The notes: generated by a model not told the origin, from the sequence alone. DNA of 64,000 nucleotides from Macrostomum lignano (GCA_002269645.1 NIVC01002725.1:1-64000), one strand, 5' to 3'; shown: positions 1 through 12,165, counted from the first letter of the stretch. Translations and numbers: made by a program.

Positions 1-49
1 AAATGAGTTTAGTTTCAGATGATTCAAATGGCTAGAAAATGATTTCAGC

Positions 50-1892
50 ATGCCTATTCATGTTCTACTGCTCAGTTTCTGCATTGCTCGGGTTGTGTCT
101 CTGAGCCATCCAACCTTCGTCAGGCAGCACAGGTGCTCACTGTAGCAACGGTTGGAAGCGTTTCAAGCGCTCGAAACAGGCTCGCCTGCGCTGATCTTTG
201 CGCCAAAAAACTGCGCTGCAACGGATTTCGTTTCTCGAAGTTCCCCAACCCGACCGGGACTAGAGCTAGCGAAGGAACGTCAAACAGTCGAGGAGGTCTT
301 TGTTCACTTGGCGACTCGTGCGACGCTAGGCAACCGGAGAGCTGGCCCGGATGGGACTGCAATGCTTATCTGTACAGCTCTGTTGACGATTCAACAGGTG
401 AGTGCTTTGTATAGGAGGAGGCTGCATCTGCAGCAGCCGTAAGGATCCTAGATTGACGTTCTGCTGAAATCCCTTCAAATCTTCAAACTGATGCTTAAAA
501 ACATTAAAGCTTCTTAGCTAATTGCCTTCCTTTTTTTACAATTTGGACCTATCGATATGCATAAGGAAGTTATTTGGCAGTGTCTAGACTTAAGGGGTTG
601 TAGCCTAGTGGTTAGAGAGTCGGACCCACGACTGAAAGGTCGGGGATTCGATTCTTGACCCACTCGAACAATTTGTGTCCTAAAACAAGACACTTCACTT
701 AACTCTGCATTGATTCAGTTCCCGAAAAATGGTGGAAAATGGGTTTCAGAATTAGCTGGGGTAATTAAGGGTGTGTGTGTCGACCCCCCCCCAGTCCTTG
801 GACTGAACAGCCGTACGCAGCCTTCAGATGCTCCGCGCAATAGCTGCGGCTGAGCTGTCGGTTGCCATCCGGCCTAATTAGGGCAGGTGTAGTCAATTAT
901 TATTATCACTAGATTAAGGATCTGTTGAGAAAAGGAATATCAGTCTAAGCACCATGAATGGAGCCCAAAGTGAAGCTCAGGAGTATTAACCTTGCCAGAC
1001 GTCATTCTATTAAAACGGCATATTAAAACGCCATTCTGCAGACAGTCCCACGCAGCGCCTGTCCCAGCTGCAGATGCTGCTGTATTATCGTTTCGCTCGC
1101 AGCGGCCTGACAAACGAGGCCGGGCCCAGACGGTCCTGTCTGGTCAGCAGCCACGTCGATATCGGGCCCGACGGCGCCAGCTTTGGCGGCTACACTGCGT
1201 CGCAGCTTACAACCGAAACGCCCCGATTTGAGCAACGTTTGGACTTTGGAAAGGCCTACTCCGTGTTTCTGATGGTGCGCCATGCTTTTGACGACAGGTG
1301 CGCTTCAGATCTTTAAGGACTCTGGCTCTCGTCATTTTGACTAGTCGTCCATATTTGCAAGCCCACAAGTCATCAAAGCTTCTCAAAGTCATATCTGAAC
1401 TTTAAAGTACAAAGCTACAAATTTGTAAATTACACTCGTACTTTCAGCTACCAATTCTATCACAAGTTCACCGCCTGTGAAAACCAAGATGCGACCGGAA
1501 ACACTCTGGCGAAGGTGTTTGGACTGTTATACCATTACGCATTCTGGACTTCGGCCTCTCGATTAGTGGCCCCTGCGCAGATGCGTTACACCGAGAGCAG
1601 AAACACCCTGCCGACTACTGGAGGAGCGTCCGGCCTTCTTTCCGTAGGACTGGTGTTCAATGGTGGCTCTGTGCACCGGTTTTACATGAACGGAACCAGT
1701 GTGAGGGTTGCGCGTCAATGGCTGGAGCATCCCGGCTTCGCTTCTGCCGATCGGTTTCAGTGCCTGACTCTCGGCTCGTCCTCAATGTCGGACTACAGTC
1801 TGAATGGCTCGATGCGCTGCTACGGCCTCAGCGCTAAAGAGCTGACGGCTGCGGAGTTCCGGTTTCTACAGGACCGGTGTCTAGAAGACTGA
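50..1892 (+). CDS. Probable secreted PAN/apple-like + ConA/LamG-like domain protein; exons ~49/50-397, 1042-1297, 1448-1892; 5' end uncertain
   Basis: Junctions ACAG|gtgagt (397), ttctgcag|AC (1042), GACAG|gtgcgc (1297) and tttcag|C (1448) give phases 1 and 2 that join in frame to TGA at 1890-1892. Exon 1 has [16 protein letters not shown]...GLCSLG (PAN-like Cys pattern). The last exon has [32 protein letters not shown] (LamG/pentraxin-like C-terminus). Domain names are by eye. Confidence 0.6.
594..905 (+). mobile_element. tRNA-derived SINE, copy 1 (in intron 1 of gene 1)
   Basis: A-box TAGCCTAGTGG and B-box-like GGATTCGATTC, then a core TTGTGTCCT..CAAGACACTT (V/Meta-SINE-like) and a 3' tail GGGCAGGTGTAGTCAATTATTATT. 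Homologous to the copies at 10670 and 17905. Confidence 0.8.
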
Positions 1893-1897
1893 CTGTG

Positions 1898-1918
1898 CTG
1901 TCTGTCTGTCTGTCTGCC

Positions 1919-2001
<83 letters not shown>

Positions 2002-2015
2002 GTGTCTGTCTGGCG

Positions 2016-2071
<56 letters not shown>

Positions 2072-2074
2072 GCC

Positions 2075-2129
<55 letters not shown>

Positions 2130-2130
2130 G

Positions 2131-2161
<31 letters not shown>

Positions 2162-2175
2162 GTGTCTGTCTGCCG

Positions 2176-2255
<80 letters not shown>

Positions 2256-2258
2256 GTC
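1898..2258. repeat. (CTGT)n tetranucleotide microsatellite, ~360 bp
   Basis: Directly visible; starts immediately after the stop codon of gene 1. Confidence 0.98.
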
Positions 2259-2980
2259 AAAACAGACAAAAATTCATTGATTCTTGACGCGTTCAACTCA
2301 AATTTGCCGAAGCTCTGCAAGCAAGGAAATCTGGTATCCGCTTTTCTCGACGTCAGTTACGTCATTTTCGATTATTGCACTGTTTGATAAAGCTTTTCTT
2401 TTCCTGGTATCTGGCAGGAAAAAAAGTTTCTGCGGAGTAATTATCTTTCACTTTGGGAAAATATACTGCTTCTCAATGAGCAGGTGAGCTACCCTGCCAC
2501 CTGCCTTTCGTGAGCATGATTTAGTCTCCACCAGAGCTCCGAATCTCACCTGTTGCACTGTCGTACGTAACTGAAAGCTGAACTTTATTGACCAAAAGGC
2601 CGGTGAATTAGCCTATTCGTAACTAATTTTAGACGGAAATAAAAAAATAGCTGAACAGTTGATTTTGTAAAGTTAAAGTTAGAGATGTTAAATTGGTCGA
2701 CGTTACTGCCTTAAGCATAACGTTTTTTTAGCTTGCGTGGACATGGTCCCCAACACCAGATAGTTATAGATAGTTTAGTTAGTGCATAGGAGTTAAGTCT
2801 CAGTTTCTTTAATAACAGTCTCTCCTCAAGGTCTCCATTTCCGAGATAACGGCTCTCAACAGTCGCCTTGGTCAGGCTGTTGCTCTGAAGGAGAAATTTG
2901 GTTCAAGCTGGGCAATGGTGGAAAGATCAGACGGCTTAAAATTTATTAATAAGGTTCACTGCTGCTTGTCAAGTTCTTAC

Positions 2981-5765
2981 CCTGCTCCTCGTTAGACTTC
3001 TTCGTGCGTCTTTGGCGCGTCTTCTTGCCCTCTCTGCTACGGGATCCAGCGCCACCTGTTTGAAGAAAAGTATAGATAGACTCGCTTTAAAAGGAATTAT
3101 GCATGTTACATTATGGACCTATTTTTTGCTTAAATCGAACAAATTTAGTAGGCTGTCGCGGTATGGGTAAACACTTTTCTCCCGTACCTGATCTGATTAC
3201 GTTACCAACGAGAAGGGCATGCTTGTGGGATGTCCTTTTTGATACAAGTTACTTGTAGTTTAATCAAAAGCGGAATATTTCCTGGCTAATACCAGATTTT
3301 TTAACCGCACACACAAAGATACGAGGATTAAATTGCCAAGTATGGCTGTACGGATGAATATCAACTTCTAACAGTAGTTTTTATGGCTTCTCACTAGCAG
3401 ATGCTATGAAGCATGCCACAGTCGCTAACCATAGAAGTTTTCTCACTTTGCCCACTTACCTGTCGAACGCAAATTGGTTCCATTCTTGCCAAGAGGATTG
3501 CCACTGTGGGCAACGCCTAGGAACTGGTAGCTTAAACTCCAGCGTCGATAGTTTTTGGAAGTAATGCCACTTTGCCGACTGCCCGAGTAGGACCCGCGAC
3601 CCGGAAGCACACGAAGGCGAAGATATTTGGTTTGGCCAACTTTCAGCAGACCGTCGTGCACAGCTGCCATGCCCAAAGTCGAGTCGCCGGTGTAAATGTC
3701 CGTCCCCAGAGTTTGCCACTGGCGGTGCCAGTGATGAGAAGGTCGAAGCAAGTCCCGACCATCCGACGGTAGGCTTGCATATTCACCGGCGTGCGACGCA
3801 AGCGAGAGCAACCTATGGCGAGAAAAGTTGTTGAGAAAAAATGCTTACTTAGCGGCTACATAAAAAATTAGACAACGTGCGATATAAGTTTCATTCAGAT
3901 AATCATTCATTTATCTGAACCCAAAAAGCGTTCACAAAATTACTGAATTCAAAGTTCCACTGCACCACTGCAGTGATTTCCACTGCACCATTTCTCCTCA
4001 AAAGATGTTTCTTTTGAACATCTGCTTGAATGTTCAAATGTCTGCTCTATGAATGTTCAATGTCTGCTCTAAATCTTTGTAGATTCAATCAACGAAGTAA
4101 GCTACAAGCGTATATAATTCAAATGAGGACTTTACCTATAGTTACCTTAAACCAGTATGTAAAGGAGTGACAACGCCTCGCGTTATGACACTGGTATAAA
4201 CTACGAGCTAATGACTCTTTCCCAGTAAACTATCGATCAATTCATTAAAAAGGAACTATACCGATTAAAATAATGCTTACCATCCCGACCAAGCATAGGC
4301 CTATAAAACGCTCGTCTAATTTTGCCACCTTTCGAAACGACGCGCTTCGTAGTGGTCCTCTTGTGCGTCTTGCTTCGTACGCGGGTAGAGCTAGAGCTTC
4401 CAGAGACTCCAACAAATTTGTAGCTGAGTTTCCAGCGGCCATATTTCTTTGTTCGGACGCCGTGTCGCGTGCTTCCTCTGTACGAGTTGCGACCCGCCAG
4501 CAGCCGGACACGCACGTAGCCAGTTTGTCCTACCCGCAGGAGACCCGCGTGTACAGCAGCCGTGCCGATTCTCGAGTCGGACGTGTAGATATCGGTGCCC
4601 CAAATGCGTCCGGACGTGCCTCCTGTGACTCGGAGCTCGTAACACTTGCCAATGCTTTTCTTGCTCTTTGGAAGCGATTTGACGCGCCTGCATCCTCCTG
4701 CAAAGCGTCACAAATTATTGTTTAGATCTGTACACAACGAGTGGCTTCGGTTCCTAGTATAAAACACAGCCGTGCACTGTCATTAAACGATGCTCTATGT
4801 TAAAAGCGTGATACGGCCTACACTTATCTAACCGGAGGGTGAGAAACGCCCCTCCGCGATACCTTTAGAAACGATGCGCTTCGTAGTGGTCCTCTTGTGC
4901 GTCTTGCTTCGTACGCGGGTAGAGCTAGAGCTTCCAGAGACTCCAACAAATTTGTAGCTGAGTTTCCAGCGGCCATATTTCTTTGTTCGGACGCCGTGTC
5001 GCGTGCTTCCTCTGTACGAGTTGCGACCCGCCAGCAGCCGGACACGCACGTAGCCAGTTTGTCCTACCCGCAGGAGACCCGCGTGTACAGCAGCCGTGCC
5101 GATTCTCGAGTCGGACGTGTAGATATCGGTGCCCCAAATGCGTCCGGACGTGCCTCCTGTGACTCGGAGCTCGTAACACTTGCCGATGCTTTTCTTGCTC
5201 TTTGGAAGCGATTTGACGCGCCTGCATCCTCCTGCAAAGCGTCACAAATTATTGTTTAGATCTGTACACAACGAGTGGCTTCGGTTCCTAGTATAAAACA
5301 CAGCCGTGCACTGTCATTAAACGATGCTCTATGTTAAAGGCGTGATACGGCCTACACTTATCTAACCGGAGGGTGAGAAACGCCCCTCCGCGATACCTTT
5401 AGAAACGATGCGCTTCGTAGTGGTCCTCTTGTGCGTCTTGCTTCGTACGCGGGTAGAGCTAGAGCTTCCAGAGACTCCAACAAATTTGTAGCTGAGTTTC
5501 CAGCGGCCATATTTCTTTGTTCGGACGCCGTGTCGCGTGCTTCCTCTGTACGAGTTGCGACCCGCCAGCAGCCGGACACGCACGTAGCCAGTTTGTCCTA
5601 CCCGCAGGAGACCCGCGTGTACAGCAGCCGTGCCGATTCTCGAGTCGGACGTGTAGATATCGGTGCCCCAAATGCGTCCGGACGTGCCTCCTGTGACTCG
5701 GAGCTCGTAACACTTGCCGATGCTTTTCTTGCTCTTTGGAAGCGATTTGACGCGCCTGCATCCTC
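2981..5765 (-). CDS. Multi-LCCL-domain, Arg/Lys-rich protein (partial). Exons 5765-5397, 5231-4863, 4697-4281, 3812-3460 (1-nt frameshift), 3055-2981; start and end not located
   Basis: All exons are phase 1-1 with cag/tag acceptors and gt donors. Each LCCL exon encodes the IWGTDIYTSDSRIGTAAVHAG...GRNSYRGSTRHGV...SYKF pattern typical of LCCL domains. Confidence 0.75.
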
Positions 5766-5848
5766 CTGCAAAGCGTCACAAATTATTGTTTAGATCTGTA
5801 CACAACGAGTGGCTTCGGTTCCTAGTATAAAACACACGCCGTGCACTG
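4314..5848. repeat. 534-bp tandem repeat (~2.9 copies), each unit one LCCL exon plus intron
   Basis: Equivalent positions recur at 4697/5231/5765 and 4863/5397; only a handful of substitutions seen between copies. Confidence 0.95.
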
Positions 5849-7046
5849 GTCAGTTGCCCAAAGGAATCGAAAATCTGTGTCATGCTTACTTGTACGAAAC
5901 ATGGACAGCGTCTGTGCCCTTTACCATTTCTGTTGGCTGTATCTGGCAGTGCAGCTCTTGTTCCACATGTGTGTCAAAATAACACATGTGTGATTGTGAA
6001 GCCTTCTCCCAGCCTTTAAAGTTGGGAGTAGGCTAGAAATCTGGTGATGATTACTAACGAGAGTTCTAAGGCTTTGCAGGGCAGAGACTGGTAGAGGTTG
6101 AGGAAAGGCGGGTGCTCAAGCAGTTAGCAGTTAAAAAATGTGTGCATAGCTGAATTTTTCTGCATCTGAATGCATATTAATTTGGATTTGTGATGTAACC
6201 ACGCTCTGGTCGCGGGATAGGGCATGGGAACTTTTTCGAAAGTGCCTCCTATCCCGTGCACCCTCTGCACAGAGCTGTCGAGACTCGGCCAGGTCTCCGA
6301 CCGGGCCTGGAGACTCCCGCTCTGCTGCACCCCTCCTGCTGCCTTGGTCCCGTCTCTCCTGCCGCCACACCTGCCTTTCCGGAGCCCCCTACCCCTTTCT
6401 GTACCTCCCCCTCTACCCTATCTCTTCTGTTTCCGCCCTATTCTTCCTGTACTTTCTCTATCTCCTCTCTTTTTTTGTCTCCCTCTGCACTCTTTTCCTG
6501 CGCTGTCCCCTCTTTCCCTGTGTCTACTTACAGTATTTTGTGTGCTCACCGTCTCCCCATACCCTCCCAAACTCCCAAACGGTGACGCAAGTCGTGTGAC
6601 CCCTTCTTCCCCCCGATGACTCATCGATGACTCACCCCCTCTCTTGCGCAACCTTTTCTCACGCCATGGTTCTCCTCCCCAAATTTCTCATGCGACACCC
6701 ACCCCACCTCCGCTTCTATTGTTCTCGTTTTTGCTTTTGTTCTCTCGACCCCCACCAATTATCACATTTTCTCCGATTTTCTCTTTCTTTTGTTCTCGTT
6801 TTCGCACCTAATTATCACCTTTTCTCCAATGTTTACATTTCCATTGTTCTCGGTTTTCCCCAATTATCCCCGATTTCCAATTCCTTTGTTCTCGACCCCA
6901 GCCCTATTGTTCTCAATGTTTGCTTGCGCAACACTTTCGCGACCACCCGCTGCGCCAATTATCCCCCCACCCCACCTCCGGATTGCGCAATTTCCCTATT
7001 TCTCATGTTGCTATGCCGGTCTCATGCTTCTCATCATGACTCATTC

Positions 7047-7128
7047 TGACGTCATTCTGCCGGCAGCCAATCAGAGAGAGGGAGCCATGGTAACGACCTT
7101 GAGGAGGCGGCTGTGAGGTCTATAAAAG
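7047..7128 (+). promoter_or_regulatory. Pol II promoter-like cluster: CRE, CCAAT, TATA
   Basis: TGACGTCA 7047-7054, AGCCAATCAG ~7065-7074, TATAAAAG 7121-7128 in canonical order; consensus donor G|GTAAGT at 7450. No downstream CDS found. Confidence 0.5.
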
Positions 7129-7997
7129 GAAGCGATTTCGGCATGAGAATCCTCAACCTTTTTTTCTCTCCTCGTCCTTCTTTGGACTTGCAGTCAGATT
7201 GAGTTCTGACCCATTCGTCTATAAGACGAATCCCTGCCGGTCCGCGGTCTGTTACCGCCAAGTTATCCTTAGCTCCCCAAGTGAGCTCGCCTATCGGCCA
7301 GCGGTCTGATACCGCCCAGCATCATCAGCATCGCCTGATCTACATCAGCGCCTCGTCGCTCCAGCGCACCGCCGCTTCACTGTCTGCCTGACTGCAGCCT
7401 ACAGCCGCCCTCGGTCACTCCGCCTCTCTCTCTCTCTGTGCAGCTGCCGGTAAGTTCCTGTTACTAATTTGTGCTCTAATTGCCTTTGCTTATCCGGGGT
7501 TTGCCTATTTTCCATTGTCTGATTAGAGAGCTGAGCCAATTGTGATACCGTATCTTTTGCTGTATTTTACTCAATAGTGAAGCCGCCTAATTGCCTGATT
7601 ATTCGCCTAAGGGCCTAATTATTAACTATTAACTAACTTCATCATTATTCAATCTTTCACCATCATTTCACTCATGGCTTGCTAAGCCTTTCTCCCGGGG
7701 TGGCAAAGCATAAGGAAGTTTGGGTAAGCTAATGGCCTCTCCCCGTGCAAAGCCCGCCTGTGAGTGCGTGCTGCGGGGCCGCGTGTGCGTGCAGTAGAGG
7801 GATTAGCAGAAGTCTCGCTGGTGGCTGGTGCTTGGTTGCGAACTGGCAGGGCTGAGACGAAGTCTTGATGGCGCTGATCTAGTTGCGAGCCGGCAGTGCT
7901 GAGTAGGAGTCTCGGTGGTGCTTAGTTGCGAGCTGGCAGGGCTGAGTAGGAGTCTCGGTGGCGCTGATTTAGTTGCGAGCCGGCAGTGCTGAGTAGG

Positions 7998-8016
7998 AAT
8001 CTCGGTGGGACCTCCA
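7998..8016 (-). other. Primer-binding site complementary to the tRNA-Gln 3' end
   Basis: Plus strand reads AATCTCGGTGGGACCTCCA, matching my recollection of the eukaryotic tRNA-Gln 3' terminus including CCA; lies 6 nt from the LTR edge. Confidence 0.8.
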
Positions 8017-8022
8017 AAATTA

Positions 8023-8835
8023 TGTCACGATGTTGGCGTAGCGGCTAGCTATGCTATGACCCTTAAAAGGGCCGTTTTAGTCCCAAAGTAAGTTGAAGTC
8101 AACTCTTGTAAAGCGGATTTGGTAGCGGAGCACTTGGCGATAAAGGCAGGAACTGCCGTAGTTGGTTTTATTGGTAGTATCAATATTAGGCTTGGTTAAA
8201 ATTTATGTCAATAAACAAACTATAGCTTTCTGGGCACTGGCGGCTGCAACAATGGTTGAAGACAAGTTGGATATGAAGTCAAGTGACAGACGAATGGTGC
8301 AATGGCGATGTAACGTGATGAGCAATGGCAATGAGCACAGTGAAGGCGGTGAGACGCAGTAGGCAGGCAGATGAGCAGTGGCGAGGTTGGCGTCAGCCGT
8401 GGCGTGAGATAAAGGAGGCTCGAGGCAGCCAGACAGAGAGAAGGAAAACAAGGCTAGACGAGGCTAGGCAAGCCAGACGGGACGGAGGACAAGCCTAGGG
8501 GAGAGAACACAGAACACAAGTGAAGCCCCCAGCCCGCCAGGCGAAGGTTAATAAAGAGCGCAAAAGGGGGTAGCGTAAACACGGAGAGTTTTCATTGGCT
8601 GGCGAGAGAACTTGAAATTATCGATCGTGCCAAAATTATACGGTCGCGAGAGAGGATAGCAAAATATACAGTGAATTAGAAATTGCCACAAAATCGTTGG
8701 GCACTACTACAAGTAAACGTCGCAATAAACAAATGGAAAAGTTTAGTTGAAACGGTGAAACTGAAGGGTTGAAACTATAGAGAAACAGCAGTCCAACGGC
8801 CCTTTTGCGGGACCACTTAAACTAGCAACGTCACA
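8023..8835 (-). mobile_element. LTR (813 bp) of a Gypsy-like retroelement, followed by PBS and truncated leader; no gag/pol seen
   Basis: Minus-strand termini TGTGACG...CGTGACA (TG..CA with inverted symmetry), subterminal inverted motif 8060-8076 / 8795-8811, AATAAA on minus at 8172-8167, adjacent tRNA-Gln PBS. Confidence 0.75.
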
Positions 8836-10669
8836 CCCGCCTGTGAGTGCGTGCTGCGGGGCCGCGTGTGCGTGCAGTAGAGGGATTAGCGAGTCTTGGC
8901 ACAGAATGGCAGTAGGAAGGTTGCAACCCCATGCTGACGCGTCCCTTCGCCCTGAGTAATCTAAACTGTAGGCAGTACATGTTCGCCTCATACTACTCTT
9001 AGTAATCAAAGTCGCAAGTCAGCCTCGCTCACAGCCACAAAGGATCCCCTGCTGAGAAATCCTCCAGGATTGAGCCCAGAGTTCCCGATCATGCCCCAAG
9101 CAGAGTCCCTGTACTCGGCTGCATGCGTCTCCCCTGTTAGCCTAAATCCCCTGGTAGCCAATCCAGGCGGGGCTCTAGCCTCGAGAGGTCTGGTAGAAAG
9201 ATCCAGGTGCGCCAGGTCACATAGAGTGGTGGCAGCCACTCGGTCATACCATGACCGAGTGACCAACTATTGCACCTTGGCTACAGGTGGGGTCCATGTG
9301 GGTCCTTGGCCCTCTGGTCACGAAGCGCTACCAAAAGCTACTAATCATGTGGGCGGGACAGTCTGGTGCTGGAGGTCCGTCAGGTCGTTGCCCGGTCATA
9401 GGCAGCCTACGGTCATTGCCCCCTCTAGTCATGCGTTCGTCTCTCTACGGAGCGGGCAGGCGACAAGGGCGGTTACATCATTTGGATTATAAATGGTAAG
9501 TCTGTGCAGCAGATATTCTACACTTACCTGACCCGGCGCTGTCGGTAACCGACTGGAAAAGGAAGAGACATGCGGCCAGCAGTACAGCTCTACTGACCAG
9601 TTGCATCTTGTTTCAACAGCCTATTTATGCTTATTTACCTCTGTTTTCTTGCCGGCCTACTGTAATAGAAGATTGTCTACTGTAGTAAATTTAAGTTTGG
9701 GTAGCCTTCCTGCGCTCCGCGCTTTAGTCACATATATTCTACTTGCAGAGAATTGTTTCTCATTATTGATTGAAGCTCCCCATAACCTCCGAAACCCTCC
9801 AGAAGGCTCTGGTTAGCCACCGAGCATAATTGTTTTCTATAAAGTTGAGCTCACCACACCAGTTATAGTAAAAGAGCCTCTTTCAAGAAACGTTCAGGAT
9901 TCACCCCAACGCAATTTTTACGATCTGCTTATCTGCAGGTCCTGGGGATATTATTCATACAGTAATATGCATGAATATTTTAACTATCGGTTAGACCAAT
10001 ACAGCGCCACTCTACCAAGCTGTAGCAGCCGAAGAGAGTTTATTGAGTTCGCTGCCGTTCAAAAAAATAGATGTCACTCTCGCCATGAAAGACCACCTGC
10101 TCCGGCGTTTTACTCATTCTTTTTTCCATAGTCTTTATATTTATTTAGGGTGACAATGTTGAAAGCAGGAATGAGAAATGAAAATTCTGACTATATTACG
10201 AGCCTCGTGTGCATGCGATATTAATATATACATATTGCATACATGCATATGCTACAGCACTTGATACGGCTTCGGTTTTAAAGATTTGTCATTCTGATTT
10301 CTGTTATTGTATTCAAGAGTCAAACAGCTTGTTGCCACGAGCAGGCACAAGCTTAAAATGCACGCAATTTGCCAGAGCCTCCAACAGTTAGTTGCCTATG
10401 GTTCAAAACCGACCAATCACAAGAAAGAATGGCCATAGACATTTCAACTGTCATCTGTTATAAAAACGAGCCCGGAAATTTGCCTTAATAGCAGAACTTT
10501 CCTGCAAAGACTTCTTCGACTACTCTTTGCAGTAATTATTATTGCGAAAGTATAATAATATAAACATAATAGTCCCATATTATGTAACAAACACAATAAG
10601 TTTCAATTAGAAATGTTAAAATTATGCTTTCGCACTGTAACGTGCAAGCGTGTTCCTAAACAGGAATTT

Positions 10670-10892
10670 ATAACAATTGATTACACCTGCCCTAGTTAGG
10701 CTGTACAGTACGAGGACTGGGGCGTCGCCACACACACCCTCAACTACCCCAGCTAATGCTGGCACCCATTTTACAGCTGGGTGAACTGAAGCAATGTAGA
10801 GTTAAGTGTCTTGCTCAAGGACACAAGTTGTTCCGAGTGGGATCGGGAATCGAACCCCCGACCTTTCAGTCTATAGAGTCCGACGCTCTAAC
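10670..10892 (-). mobile_element. tRNA-derived SINE, copy 2 (5'-truncated head)
   Basis: Reverse complement contains GGTTCGATTCCC (B box), TTGTGTCCTTGAGCAAGACACTT, CACCCAGCTGTAAAATGGGT and the same GGGCAGGTGTAATCAATT tail as copy 1. Confidence 0.8.
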
Positions 10893-12165
10893 GCTCTAAG
10901 GGATCGTTATAAGCTTACATTAACTACAATTCTATGTGGTTTTTCGCTAAAGTTCTGACCTCTGGCTAACAATGCGTGATTGAGTTTCTATTTAATAGTG
11001 AATTTAAACTATTCAGTAAATGAAATATGCGCATTTTCTACGCACACTTACTAATAGTAGTTCACGGAATATGCTGTCTGTTTTTGCAAAAATCAAGGTG
11101 AATATTTTTAAATACTAATTTTGGGTTTCACTTGTCCGAAAAAAAATCAAACGAAATAAAAAAACTGACTGAAAATTCTTTGCTTCAAAGATGGTTAGGA
11201 TTACAACAAAATAATAATCACTGATTTGGGGCTATTTATTTGGTTAGAAAAGTACAACGGCAAACAAAGAATACAAAATAAAATTGAAAGCAGATAAAAA
11301 TGTTAAATATTGAAACATTCAGTTTTTTGTTAAAATTGGCCAATTCATAAAATTGTTTTAACTCGAAACTTTTAGCGATAGAGTTTGCATCGCACGGAAA
11401 ATCTCTCATTAATATAGAAGAAAATGCAGTGAGATTCGGCATTAAAATGATATGGTGATCGATGACTATGCTCAACCTAATCCTTTTTAATCGCTAAACA
11501 GAATTCAGTTAAATAAGAGCAAGCATTGACAACCAATAGTTGGTAAACAAATGAAAGAACACAATAATACATACTACAAAAAGCTCGTTTGAAAATGATC
11601 CAATATTAACCTGTACAATTTAGATTGAATTATTTATTAATTCGAATACTAAAAGATTAAAAAATGAGCTCTAATGAGAATTCTTTGTTCTTCTGACAAT
11701 AAAATACATTATAAATGAAAAAATTACTCAAAATAACACACAGTTTCTTTTTAAACTACTGAAACAGCAAAACCATAAGTAGTATAAGCAGACATTGTCT
11801 GTAAATTTCAATTTTAAACAAATAGTTATAACGATAACAAAATGCTTTTCGCTTACCAATAGAATTAAACAGACATCATTTTGTTCCATGCTTCAGGTAA
11901 TATCTCAGAACAGAATACAGTGAAAGCTAATAACTAACAAAGATCAGTTGATACAGAAGCACCAATTGAATAAATTTCAATGCCCCGTACATTAAAAGTG
12001 CAAATAAGTTCGGGTGCCGAACCAGATTTTTTAAAGGAAACTTAAGTCGCCAAAAAGTTAGCCAAAGAGTCGCTAGAGTCACTATTGAGTTGTTTGCTAA
12101 GACTTTTTAGAGATTCTTGTCACGGTAACGGTTTCAACGGTCAAATGGATTAATTTAAATCCTTA

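Noticed and set aside
594-670. tRNA gene candidates at 594, ~10830-10892, ~18120-18196, 20958 and 22863
   Set aside because: Cloverleafs are incomplete and continue into shared SINE bodies; treated as SINE heads.
2290-2490. LVSAFLDVSYVIFD / FDKAF resembling non-LTR RT motif FLDxSKAFD
   Set aside because: Too short and split across frames; no other RT motifs nearby.
4237-4280. Stop at 4237 as the end of the LCCL gene
   Set aside because: A strong phase-1 donor G|gtaagc at 4281/4280 connects to further phase-1 exons at 3812 and 3055.
9237-9261. Perfect 11-bp stem hairpin CACTCGGTCAT-ACC-ATGACCGAGTG
   Set aside because: Isolated hairpin in retroelement-like DNA with no U-tract or ribozyme core; no function can be supported.
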